The position numbers were made by a program, and so were the translations under genes. From NCBI GenBank assembly GCA_040437565.1, contig JBDOQK010000038.1, positions 186,001-250,000 on the forward strand: a DNA stretch of 64,000 nucleotides. Reading direction: 5' to 3'. Position 1 is the first letter of the stretch. Every line of letters starts with the position of its first letter. The stretch comes from Albugo candida. Lineage: Eukaryota. The notes below the pieces were generated by a model. It saw only the letters and a program-made list of their open reading frames with translations. It had not been told where the DNA came from and did no database searches. This document shows, in pieces, positions 1 through 11,706 of the stretch.

Positions 1-1545
1 TCCTCGGTATCGTAGGAATACATGCATTCTTCTAATTCTCTTCCGGTCTATCACATTGATTTTCGACTTTCAACCAGCTGATCAAAACTCCCACTAACAC
101 GAAATACATGTGATATTCGGATGCTTTCGCTAGCAATGTTTGATTCAAGCTCGCGAGCTCAGTGCACAATGGCTTGCTTCATTCGTGCCTGAAGAAGATC
201 CAGATTTCCAGTAGATTTTTGTAGATACAGATTCCAGTAGATATTTGTAGATATCGCTTCAAAGTCGAATGCGCTCCTTCAACCGCCGACGTTGAAGCAT
301 TATCAAAATGCATCATCTTGTCAGTCCAGGAAGCAAAAGTTTTATTTTTCACGGAATCCATGTTTTGTCTAAACAGCTGACAGCGTCAAATTTTCCAAAA
401 TATATAATCTGAAATGCGCTCCATCCTGCATCGCAGTTTGCATTTTTCTTCATTTTACAAACATTTGTCCAGCTTTTCGAAAACTCATCATTACTCGTTC
501 GTGCCAAATTCTTTCTTGCAAGTTCCCAACTACATTTTTTCGAGATGCCACATGCATAGGAGATGTGCGCAGTTTGGAAATATTTCTTCAATGGAAACAG
601 CTAGTGCCAAATCGCTATCTTTCACCGAACGTCTAAAGTCTGTACCAACAATTTTTGCAACTGACCAAGTGCCCAGATGTAGTCTGCATTTCCCTCCCCT
701 GGTAGAAATGCAAATGCCAAGTAAAATGTTGACCTCGTTCCCGCTCGTCCAACAATGCTCAGAAGAGGCATGTTGAACCTGTTCATTTTGAACGTACAAT
801 CCAAGAAAAGAACCCTTCTATACTGGCCAGCTAAACGTGAATGGATGTTGGATGGGCCATAAACAAAATGTGTGACGCGCCCATCACCGGTAGTTTATAC
901 ACTATACGCCAACGTTCTTCATGTGAGTTTATCGATTATTGCCTGTTTCATCGACCTGCGTAACAATTCCTTCAAAAGAGAGTGTGCTTTGGCGTTGTAG
1001 ATGTTTTTTGCCGTAGCCAGTGACTCGGGAAATTCACGACGCAATAGCGTAAATCCCTGACGTGGGTGCAATCCAGCTGATACAAGCTTTTGTACGCGGC
1101 CCTTTTCTTTTTCAGTCATTCTGGGAGACCAGCCGTATTATCTGAAAGTTAATGATTGCATGGATGTTTCGCATTTTGACATTCCAGCAAATATCTCCGC
1201 TCTTCTTTCCGAAAGCTTCCCAAGGACACCCCTGAAGGCTGTTTCCTGGCTTTCGTGTCTTTCCCTCAACATTTCCAGCAGCGCTTTTCCTATTCTTCCG
1301 ATCAAGATCACAAGCAAGCAAAACTGTCCTGTCCTTTTAAACGTTTGACCGATACCCCATAGTCAGACTCACAACACAAGTGGCGAACGTGTTCAATGAG
1401 ATCACAACGAGTGGCAGAAAGTTGGTTGGAATTGATGGAAGAGGAAACTATTCCAGGTGGGTGGAGATAGTAGAAAGTTGGGTGGAAACACCCCCGTAAT
1501 AGGAATGGTCAGAAAGCCACGTGGTGGGTGGATATAGCAATTCCC
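1..1545 (-). mobile_element. Decayed MULE/Mutator-family DNA transposon (frameshifted transposase pseudogene, runs off the left edge)
   Basis: Consecutive minus-strand ORF fragments carry MULE transposase motifs in the expected order: FAR1/WRKY-like LACD...GCPWEAFG..W.V (1112-1321), MDCTFKMNRFNMPLLSIVG (622-804), DSDLALAVSIEEIFPNCAHLLCMWHLEK (530-799), and WTDKMMHFDNASTSAVEGAHSTLKRYL (179-361). GGGTGGA-rich subterminal repeats at 1416-1545 end in GCAATTCCC. Confidence 0.88.
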
Positions 1546-2213
1546 TAAAAAAGGTGATATCAAGACCTTTTATAATTTAGTTTGTATTTAATGCTGTAAA
1601 GTTAACAGTCGTAAGCGGTACATTCAATAAGCTCGGTAAATTCATGGACACGAGCATTGGTCACTTAACAAAGACTCAACCCTATTACATTAGCTAAAAC
1701 AAGGGCACGACGAAAGTATCATAATTTTCTGATTCGATGCGTGAGATATCAATTCAATCAAACGCGTAATAAAAACTAAACACNNNNNNNNNNNNNNNNN
1801 NNNNNNNNNNNNNNNNNNNNNNNNNNNNNNNNNNNNNNNNNNNNNNNNNNNNNNNNNNNNNNNNNNNNNNNNNNNNNNNNNNNAACAGTCGTAAGCGGTA
1901 CATTCAATAAGCTCGGTAAATTCATGGACACGAGCATTGGTCACTTAACAAAGACTCAACCCTATTACATTAGCTAAAACAAGGGCACGACGAAAGTATC
2001 ATAATTTTCTGATCCGATGCGTGAGATATCAATTCAATCAAACGCGTAATAAAAACTAAACACCCATCAGGATGAGTATGATTGATTGAAATGTCTTACG
2101 ATCTTCGAATTCTAACGAATAGCCCCACAAAAGAGTGGTCCACACATAAAGAAACGAATTTTTGCATTGGCCAAAGTATTAGCGCATCGTTTCCTCTAAC
2201 TTGTACACTACAG

Positions 2214-2632
2214 TGTTCCGTACCCAGCTCAGTTAAGGGTGTTCGCCCGTAGTACTTTTATTTAGACACCTGTCTGTTACTACAGTTTGGTGGTTATCTA
2301 CTCTATTCTAATCACTAGTATGTAACGCTCTGAAGAGCNNNNNNNNNNNNNNNNNNNNNNNNNNNNNNNNNNNNNNNNNNNNNNNNNNNNNNNNNNNNNN
2401 NNNNNNNNNNNNNNNNNNNNNNNNNNNNNNNNNNNNNNCTGCCGGAGGTCGTTAGTTCGATTCCCGGCAGTGTGGGCAGCGGTTTGAGCCCACCCAAGCA
2501 ATAAACTTGGAAAATATCTGCCTCACTAGTTTTGAGGTCAGACTTAAGTGATATTCATACGGTCAGGGACTCATGATAGGACAAGGAAGGTACTTAAAAA
2601 ACCAGATAAACAGTGCAATGAAATCTTTGACA
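2214..2632. mobile_element. Dispersed ~420-bp repeat, copy 1 (solo-LTR-like or retroposed; spans a gap)
   Basis: 2439-2632 aligns by eye with 27310-27502. Termini are TGT...ACA. A 14-bp direct repeat TCTAACTTGTACAC flanks it at 2195-2208 and 2634-2647. Confidence 0.7.
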
Positions 2633-2812
2633 ATCTAACTTGTACACAAGTTTCGCTATTGGTGGAAATACGACTTTCCGTTCAACTACAACCTCGACTT
2701 TTCACCAATAAGCTCCCTCCCGTACCTAAGGGAAACTATACGCCTGCAATAGAATTTGGTATGCTTATAAGAAATAAAGTCAAAAAGTGGTATTACGTAT
2801 TACGTATTATCT

Positions 2813-3439
2813 CTAATCTTTCTGTCTGACACTGCTGAGGATACCTACCGCAGTCAAAATGAAGGTAGACGACACGTTGTCGCTTGTTTCGTTTTGTATT
2901 AACAGTGTTGACTGCTCCATTGTGTGAGCTTCGTTGAAGTCGTTCATCACTGTAGTTTGTAATTTCGTTCGAAAGGCTCGGAAATCGTGCAAATGCGTCA
3001 CATACTCAGGTTCCAATCACCTTACATACCGTAATGTTTGCCTGTTTCTCGTACGCGGGAGAAGAAGATGGCATTTGATCCTTTTCCATTTATTTTATCA
3101 TAGCTTCAATACCCTAATGGTATTGTTTCTGGGCAATTACTTGGCTTTTTCGTTTGGGGCCCGTACCAAGTAGAGGTATACAAGCACCTCAAACTTGATT
3201 GTAAACTTTTCTTTTTCAGTTGTGAGCGAGCATTCAGATATCGGGAGTTTGGAATCTCGATCGTTGACGTTCACCGCTTCAGTATTGTATCTCACTTTGG
3301 TATGACACACATTCAACGTCAATGAGTTTATACATTTGCTCTTTGCGATGAAGATAAACTCTACGACTGATACCATCGCCTTGGAGAATATTAAAACCCA
3401 AGATGAAGATACTGCTATGTCTTTCGGTAAGACGATCAA
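2813..3439 (-). pseudogene. Possible fragmented hypothetical gene
   Basis: Two same-strand ORF pieces (3137-3439, 2813-3016) with protein-like composition and a hydrophobic start; no recognisable domain. Confidence 0.2.
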
Positions 3440-3881
3440 ATCTGTCGTTTGTATAATGTTATGAAACTTTCTTGTCTATAATGTCTTGGAAAGAAATGCA
3501 GGAAATTCACTATTCTCGAATTGACTTGAATCAATCTACAACTCAGGCTTATCCCGTTGTAGAACGATAAAGTTTCATCAATCGGAAGCAGAGCGACATG
3601 GTATACTACAAGATCGGCTTTAGTGGCAAGATCGGCCGTACAGTACAGTGTGTGTTAGAAATGATCGATGTGACAGTACTCGTGCATTCGAAGAGAAACA
3701 AATGGATATTAGTTTTCAAAACTGTCTATCCAAGCCGTTCGTTATAACTTTTTTCTGGTGCATCTATCATTTATGCGCACGCAGGAACTAAAAAACGTGG
3801 AGTGAACGAGAAAAGGAACGATACCAAATTTCAGACTAGAAATTGGATAGTTGCGTGCGTTACGAATATACGAAATCGAAA

Positions 3882-4418
3882 TTATGATTTTTCCTGCAAA
3901 TTAATTATTTGCAAAAGCACAACTCCTTCATGCGTCCACATAGTTACAAAAGTACCGGATGTGTATGATGGATCCTCAATGATTTTAGCGATCTCGTTGA
4001 AATCGAAACATTTGTTGCCTTTCTCATTGTAGTGCGCTGCGTGAGTGAACCCAGGTATACAATCCACAGCAGCCGGAGTTGGTTGGTCCGCTGGAATGAA
4101 CAGGGTTTTAAACATCTGTGGACCGAATAAATTGCACTCACGTCCAGCGCTATAATAACGCAAACATTGTAGCTCAGCGCTACAACCTGTGAGTCGCATT
4201 CGCCATCTGCAAATTCTCCATCATCTATGAGCGTGCTGAAGCCATTTCCTGGTCCATACTGTACATTGTTGATGTTGACAGTGACGAAGAAACAATGCAT
4301 AGCTCCGTTTATCTCTGTTCCGGTAATTTAAGGGCATTTTCACACATATAGAAATCTGATGCCAGTGCCGTCCGATCAAAAGTGCGGGCTTCGACGTTGA
4401 AGATCATTTAATTGGAAT
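3882..4418 (-). pseudogene. Secreted PAN/CBEL-like family, locus A (5' end in gap; diverged near-duplicate of A')
   Basis: Near-identical to 4539-5106, with scattered substitutions, a ~30-nt deletion near 4327 and a 1-nt frameshift near 4186. Confidence 0.7.
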
Positions 4419-4538
4419 NNNNNNNNNNNNNNNNNNNNNNNNNNNNNNNNNNNNNNNNNNNNNNNNNNNNNNNNNNNNNNNNNNNNNNNNNNNNNNNNNN
4501 NNNNNNNNNNNNNNNNNNACGAATATACGAAATCGAAA

Positions 4539-5180
4539 TTATGATTTTTCCTGCAAATTAATTATTTGCAAAAGCACAACTCCTCCATGCGTCCACATGG
4601 TTACAAAAGTATCGGATGTGTAAGATGGATCCTCAATGATTTCAGCGATCTCGTTGAAATCGAAACATTTGTTGCCTTCCTCATTGTAGTGCGCTGCGTT
4701 AGTGAACCCAGGTATACAATCCACAGCAGCCGGAGTTGGTTGGTTCGCTGGAATGAACAGGGCTTTAAACACCTGTGGACCAAATAAAAAGCACTCGCGT
4801 CCAGCGCTTAAGTAACGCAAACATTGTAGTTTAGCGCTACAACCCTGTGAGTCGCATTCCCCATCTGCGAATTCTCCATCATCTATGAACGTGCTGAAGC
4901 CATTTCCTGGTCCATACTGTACATTTTTGATGTTCACAGTGACGAAGAAACAATGCATAGCTCCGTTTTTCTCTGTTCCGGTAATGGCGTTGGCATTGGC
5001 GTCAAAAATTTCATCGTAAGGGCATTTTCACACATATAGAAATCTGATGCCAGTGCCGTCCGATCAAAAGTGCGGGCTTCGACGTTGAAGATCATTTAAT
5101 TGGAATTAAAGACGACCCTGGACGACATGGTATCGTGACGAAAAGATGAGAGAAATAAATAGGAAGCATCGCGTCATCAT
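4539..5180 (-). pseudogene. Secreted PAN/CBEL-like family, locus A' (stop plus frameshifts)
   Basis: ATG 5180 gives the signal-like MMTRCFLFISLIFSSRYHVVQG*. Shifted frames then give SDFYMCENALTMKFL / DANANAITGTEKNGAMHCFFV (family N-domain motif), CDSQGCSAKLQC...EC (Cys module) and a reduced C-domain HYNEEGNKCFDFNEI. Confidence 0.75.
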
Positions 5181-5823
5181 TTTGGTCGAAGTAACTTTGT
5201 GTGAGCATTGTGCGTGGTGGTTGAAGACATGCGATTTGTGAAAGTGAAGATGTTGGTTAAGAACATTAAATTCGTGACTCACAAATGTATAACACGTAGC
5301 GATAACTGAGAACGTACGTAAACAGTATGGAGCATGCTCGCGCGAATATTGCTTGAATATAATATCATCAAGTGATTCTATTTCAAAACTTTGTCAAGTC
5401 GTTATTTTATTACATGCAATTACAACACGCTACGAAATGGTACAATGCGTAGAAAGGTTTGGATTAAGAATATGCGAATGTTTACTCTTTTTAAGAGGGA
5501 CACGCACGTTATTGGGTTTGTGACGGGCACGCATTTCTACCGTGCATAATATGGCTTACATGCTCAGTACAGTGTAATAGGAAGTATCGTGTGCCTTCTT
5601 TTCAGTTGTGAAGGGCAGCAATACATGTATGTAATATTACATATATGCATAAAGTATTCGATTGATACGTTGCTCCCTGTTTCCTTTCATCGTAAAAGAA
5701 GAAAAGGTATGTTAAAAGAGAAACGTTGAAAGCCTAACGTATTTGTGACGAGGAGGAGATGATATCGCCGATGATTTTCCATGTACCAAGTGTTGACAGT
5801 ATTTTAAAAATGCTTTTGTTGGT

Positions 5824-6152
5824 CTAGAGGTAGAAGTGAAAGGAACTACATTTGGCATTAACCTTCTTTGTCGACACGACTACATGCAGGTGCAACGGCA
5901 ATACAAATTTGACTATGTCACACTTCACAGGACGTCCGTCTGGTCCCACATGGTCACCGTACCTTCTCATCCCATCTGTCATGTTGTCATCAAACAGCCG
6001 TTCAGGTGAGGTATGATTTATGTATACTGTTGAATAAAAATATTCGTGGAATGGGTCGTGCAGTTGATACTCAAACCCTTGACGACCTGTCAGAAAGACG
6101 ATCTCTTCTAACACCAAGTAGTAGAACGATGATAAGTAAACTATGAAAGCGC
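5824..6152 (-). pseudogene. Possible decayed secreted protein, perhaps a distant PAN/CBEL-like family member
   Basis: An out-of-frame hydrophobic leader (RFHSLLIIVLLLGV) precedes ORF 5824-6117. EYFYSTVY...GRPVKCDIV loosely parallels ERFYNTIF...SVICEFI of locus G. Confidence 0.3.
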
Positions 6153-6989
6153 AATTGAAGTAGGAGAAAGCTTTACTGTTTCTTTCTACTACGTTTGTAC
6201 TTGACGCTATTAAGTATACACTCGTACCCAGCAGATTCTGTTAGCTTCTTGAAAAACAGATACAATGCCGGAGCCCTAATTCTATACAGTATCCTAATTG
6301 TCTGATTAGATGCGTCATAATATCAATTCATGTTTGATGAAAGACGGCTTAAAATCAAAACCAATCCGGATAAGATGACATGAAATGTCTAACGTCGAGG
6401 TATACAAGCTATACATCATCGAATGTATAGCAAGCTATTCCTCTTGCCGTCGAACGCCTTATTTGCAGACACATAATTGACTACGTTTCGATGAAGTNNN
6501 NNNNNNNNNNNNNNNNNNNNNNNNNNNNNNNNNNNNNNNNNNNNNNNNNNNNNNNNNNNNNNNNNNNNNNNNNNNNNNNNNNNNNNNNNNNNNNNNNGTT
6601 TGATGAAAGACGGCTTAAAATCAAAACCAATCCGGATAAGATGACATGAAATGTCTAACGTCGAGGTATACAAGCTATACATCATCGAATGTATAGCAAG
6701 CTATTCCTCTTGCCGTCGAACGCCTTATTTGCAGACACATAATTGACTACGTTTCGATGAAGTCTAAAGGTAGCGGACAATGAGTAGTAACAGAGCCACT
6801 ATTTCGGCCTGAGCGAAATTGCAATCCGCAATTGATTCAAGTAGAAGAGAAATGATGATATAAGGATACATCAAAGTCGAGTAAGATTTGTGAAGAAAAA
6901 TTGGATATGTGGAGACTCAAAAAGATAGAAACAATGGAAAAAAAAATTTGCAGGCAAACGAATTCGATTACACAACTACAACACGTCAC

Positions 6990-7649
6990 TCAAACCACGG
7001 GTCCGAATTCTCCAACACCTGAAAGGGAACCCGTGGAATGATAGGCTGCGATCACTTTGCGGTAGCATTTACATAGTTTTGTGTTCGCATTATAAGTGAA
7101 AAACGGCCATTGCTTGGTGCTGCTTCCAGCTCCACCCGAGCTGCATGTACATAGTCGCACATATGGAGCTGGAAAAAGACGGGTGTCCTCATCATAGGCA
7201 AAAAACGCAATGTCAATGAGATATTCTTGTTGTCGTGTACAGAGATAATCCTCTTTGATGTCAAAAAGAAGTGACGAGGTTAAGCATTGTCCAAAATTGC
7301 AACATCCAACATCCCTGCAACATCCCTCGGTGAAGCAAGAAAAACCTGTCGAACAGGCGGGGTCATCCACTGTGGAAACCACGTAACCAGGACCGAATTT
7401 GGTATTCTTGAGTTGTTTTTCATCCGCTAGTCCGATAGTACAGGTGTGATTATCTGCAATGTAATATTAATTTACTCCGAACACGCCAGAGTCGATAAAG
7501 CTATCACACAAACTTAGCGATTCCACTTGCAAAGTAAGCAAAAACGTATAGTCTGAGAGTTGCTTGGAAAGGTATCGTTTCAATAAAGCCGAAGCGTTGT
7601 CCGTGAGCGCAAGGAAAAGAAGGATGATATGGAATGATTGGCCGACCAT
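6990..7649 (-). pseudogene. Secreted PAN/CBEL-like family, locus B (single in-frame TAA at 7467-7469)
   Basis: ATG 7649 gives MVGQSFHIILLFLALTDNASA (signal peptide). ORFs 7467-7685 and 6990-7382 share a frame and are joined by the open YYIADNHTCTIGLADEKQLKNTKFGPGYVV. Cys module CSTGFSCFTEGCCRDVGCCNFGQC; C-domain FTYNANTKLCKCYRKV. Confidence 0.8.
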
Positions 7650-8596
7650 TGTGATTGTTGTTGCTCTTGGAAAATGAGAGAACAATCTTTGAAAACAATG
7701 AAAAATTGGTGAACATAGAGAGAGTGTAACTCGATAAAGTTTATGGTATGGAGCACTGAATTTGAGGCTTACAACTCAATTACAAATTACGAACCATGAA
7801 GCCATTTTGCCCGACTTTTACCGCAGCATACTTTAATCAAGTGACCATGACACCATGCTCTTTTCAGATCAGATTCATCGTACAGAAGCGTCCAAGAAAG
7901 GATGCGATATAAAATATTGGTAGCTTTGTTATTGCATAAGGTTTAGCACGCACTTTGTTGGTATTCATTTCAATCGCACGCAATATGGCTTTTCGTGCCA
8001 AAGTACTGAGAATCCGATGCGACATTTTGCCTTTTTTTTATGGAGTTGAATAGTGAGTAGATATTACATATATATGCATAGGTTTTGGATAAGTTACAAT
8101 TTGCATCCTTTTCGTACTCCAAGCGTTTTGTGATTGTGGCGTGGCGAAGAGAGGGAGCCACATTCCCCAATTGATTTCCATGTATCCATTCGTAGAACGA
8201 TCAAAATAAGTGATGAAAGCGTAAGAGGTGTTGTACGGTATCAAAGGAGGAGAAGGCTTTCGTTCAGTGATGACGTCAGCATATCATAAGTATCATTTAA
8301 TTATAATTTAAGTCATGTACGATTCTACCTATCTGCTTCAGTAGAGATGCGGGTCGAAGGTAAGTGCAGACTTGCTGCTTGAGCAAGCGCAGTGATGTTT
8401 CCTCATGTAGTGTTTGTTTTTGGTGTAAGCCTTTAGAGAATGTATTGTACTCATTTACAGGTCAAAGTATGGGAAGAAAAGCTTATTCATGGAATATAAA
8501 TCAGACACACTATTCTAGAACTAACATAACCGATGCAAAGAGAGCTTCTCGGGTCAGTTAGTAAGCTCGTATCAAGTGTAACCATGGCAGTCCTAT

Positions 8597-9487
8597 TCAG
8601 GAAGAGGATTGGTTAAAATTGTCATTATCTTGACGAATCGCCGCACGAAAAGATCCACCGACTCGATACAAATTAACTTTTGCATTGGCCAAAACATCGC
8701 TTCCAATTATCCACGCATTATTTCCATCATACCTCGTAAATTTTATATTGCTTTCGCTATTGATAGAAATCGTTTCTTTATGAGAAAACTTTACTTCTGA
8801 CCAAGCAGCATTATTCTTAATCAACTTGGTCCATTCCTCTGTCCGTGGGTGGTAGGTATTTTGCCGACGTTTAGATGCATGATCTCCAGGAATACTCAGA
8901 GCAAGGATTTCCGGGTAGTAAATGCCTTTAACACTTGGATCGAAAATTACAAAAGGAGCCGGTACTGCCATCAATTCTTTATCCTCCCTCAAAATTTTTA
9001 CGCTAAAGAACATAATTTTCCACGACGACAGTTTTGGCTCCAAGGGATACATGCTTGTTTCAATACACGCGCGTTGATTCGATATGAGAACGGATTGCAT
9101 ATGATCGAACGTGACACAAAATGTATCTCCTTGCTGCCAAATGGTATTTTCCGGCGTGAGTAAGAATGTGGACTTATCTAATAAAATCTTGGGGTCTTTT
9201 CGACATAGGAATCGTAATGACTCGTCCTTGTGAGGAATGACAAGTTTATTTGTGAACAAAACGATTTCAAACTCTCCAGCGTTAAAGTCATCGCCGTTGT
9301 GGACATTGCATTCCACGTTGATGGGAGGTATATCTTTTTGTGCAGGATTCTTAGAACGTTTGCGATGGAGGAGTTTGTCGCTTGAATGTCGGTTGAAGGT
9401 TTCAGGAGTGTCGAAAGGATCGTTTCCCTTAACGACGTATCGAAGAATTTGGATGAGAAGTACGGAGTAAATGCGGTATATCTTCAT
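8597..9487 (-). CDS. Hypothetical, probably secreted protein, 296 aa (effector candidate)
   Basis: Intronless ATG-started ORF; hydrophobic N-terminus MKIYRIYSVLLIQILRYVVKG; basic RKR stretch near residue 42; no domain recognised. Confidence 0.7.
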   Translation of the reverse strand: MKIYRIYSVLLIQILRYVVKGNDPFDTPETFNRHSSDKLLHRKRSKNPAQKDIPPINVECNVHNGDDFNAGEFEIVLFTNKLVIPHKDESLRFLCRKDPKILLDKSTFLLTPENTIWQQGDTFCVTFDHMQSVLISNQRACIETSMYPLEPKLSSWKIMFFSVKILREDKELMAVPAPFVIFDPSVKGIYYPEILALSIPGDHASKRRQNTYHPRTEEWTKLIKNNAAWSEVKFSHKETISINSESNIKFTRYDGNNAWIIGSDVLANAKVNLYRVGGSFRAAIRQDNDNFNQSSS

Positions 9488-10053
9488 GAGTCGACTTGTT
9501 GGGAATAGGTCGAATTTGCTAATGGGAATGAGGATGCATCATGAGAATGCGGTCTAGATATGTGGATAGGGTCAAAATAACGGCAAATAACGGCAATTAA
9601 CGACTTTCACATTCCCAGTCATTGTATTGATGGAAACGTATGCGTCGTCGTAGTACTTCAACACAAGCTCAAGCCTTTATCAGTGATGCAAGTTGGTACG
9701 TGATAGCACGCATCCACAACGGCGCAGAAAATCCAGGTTCAAACGGTTAGTTGAACGGACTGACTAATGACACTTCAACTGTTTTGTTAAGCCAAGTAGT
9801 ATGCATTCCCTCATTATAGAATGGTACACGAGGAAAGATCCGCACGTTTGCAATTCATAAAAAGTGCTATTCCAAGACGAATGTTACCATTCTAGAAATT
9901 TTCATCGGCACGTAAACTTTACCCAAAGTTTGACCGAGGCGTAGGAGCCGTATTTGAAGTGGTAGAACTCAAATAAAATATAAAATGATTTCATTACGAT
10001 AGCTTATACGTGTACATTGGAGTAACTAGTAGACATAATTTCATAGCAGGCAC

Positions 10054-10893
10054 TTAGGTCATGAGCATACGATTTTCTACCTTCAATTTGTCGGCGTTTC
10101 TATCCATAAAGTGCACGTCTAATGATGGAAGGAATGTATCAACCCAGTCCAAAGGATCCACAGTAGGCTCTATCGGCTGAAAGCGCAAGTTGTTCATGTG
10201 GCTGTACGTGAATTTAGGAAGCGGAGCGATCGGAAAAGGTTCCTCTTGATGTGTGCCACTCACATGATATGGATGATCATGTCTTGGGTGCACGTGTCCA
10301 TAAAACGAGGTTGGTGCACTTTGCGAGGACTCTGGATACGTGTATATATCCATCTTCGTATACGGTCGTGGCGGCAAGGAGAACGTTCGGAGGGGAATGG
10401 GGACCGGATAACGAGATGAATCGTTACGCTGCACGCTCCAGTCGACCTTATTTGGAGCCCTTAATTTCAATTCTATCGGATTGCGTTCACTGAGTGAGTT
10501 TGCTTCGAGAAGCTTTCTCGTGTGTGCTTTCATTTGTACCACCTTTTTTCGAGTGATGCGCCACGCCAATGTAGGATCATCTCGGACGAAAAATTTGTTC
10601 GAGAATGTGCAAATAGTCGCTTTCGATTTTGTCCATTTTCGGAAATTAAAATAGTTCAATTGACGCTGGAAACTTGCGTATTTCCTGTGTTTGAAATACT
10701 TTGGGAGAATTAAATCGGTCATCATGTCCATATCGAGAATTTCAAACGCCTTTCCGTCAGGAGTCCACCGCATGATATGTTTATTCTCATTATGTAATAT
10801 GGTACGAAGAGATTTGAGGAACGGGGCGACTCCGGGTTCAAGTTTACTGACGAGAAGCCGAGATAAATCCGGTGAGTCATTACGGTTATACAT
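10054..10893 (-). CDS. HSF-type DNA-binding transcription factor, 279 aa
   Basis: APFLKSLRTIL...IMRWTPDGKAFEI...ILPKYFKHRKYASFQRQLNYFNFRKW matches the HSF DNA-binding domain. Confidence 0.93.
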   Translation of the reverse strand: MYNRNDSPDLSRLLVSKLEPGVAPFLKSLRTILHNENKHIMRWTPDGKAFEILDMDMMTDLILPKYFKHRKYASFQRQLNYFNFRKWTKSKATICTFSNKFFVRDDPTLAWRITRKKVVQMKAHTRKLLEANSLSERNPIELKLRAPNKVDWSVQRNDSSRYPVPIPLRTFSLPPRPYTKMDIYTYPESSQSAPTSFYGHVHPRHDHPYHVSGTHQEEPFPIAPLPKFTYSHMNNLRFQPIEPTVDPLDWVDTFLPSLDVHFMDRNADKLKVENRMLMT

Positions 10894-11706
10894 TGTGGGG
10901 TATACGAGTTCTTCTTGTTACGTGGCAAAATGATGAATACATTGAAGGAGGGTCTATCGATAATACAATCGTATGAATCGTGAGGGAATGTGGGGAGTGA
11001 AACCGGGAAAGTTGTGATGGGATTGGCTTATGTTTGTTCAATTGTACAAGATTCGAATTCTGATTGGTTAAAGTTATATGGCTCCTCGTTGAATCAACCC
11101 ACACAGATCGTTGGTTGTATCTTGCGCAACATCTCACTACGTTATAGAACGTGATATCCCACGCTGTTAACCTTATTCGCGTGATGTTGTAGCAGTAATA
11201 GGAGATATCTCAGCGGTTTACGCGTTAAGAATGTTCGTAAACAAGCTCATAATACGCAAAAGGTGAAGACAATGTTATTGCCAAGTATAATTCAAGTGAA
11301 TATTACACAACTACCGGATCAAGTGGTTGCGTGAACACGATCACACAACAGAAAGTATGATGCGACACGCATGTAAGTGGTGCCCTAACCATACATGTAG
11401 CGTAAACGCAAGGATTTTATAAACTGGCTTTCGTCGCATCTTATGGCTCGACGCCACAAGAAAACTGGTTTTCAAAATCCGCCAATCACATGTTCGAAAC
11501 TGATGTAAGATAAAGTATCCGATCACTACCTTCCTATTGGTTCCATCCTTTTTTATTTATATCGTTGGAATGGAAACCGATCTCTGCTATGCGTAACGTA
11601 TCTACAGACAAAAGCGTATTTATCGAGTGATCCGTTACAAATTGCAAGTGTGCGTGTTTTTCACAACAACGTCCATTACATTTTTTCTGTCATTGCTTTT
11701 TGGCTT

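Noticed and set aside
2451-2465. tRNA gene suggested by GTTCGATTCCC
   Set aside because: No cloverleaf, D-arm or acceptor stem; the motif lies in one long hairpin of a dispersed repeat.
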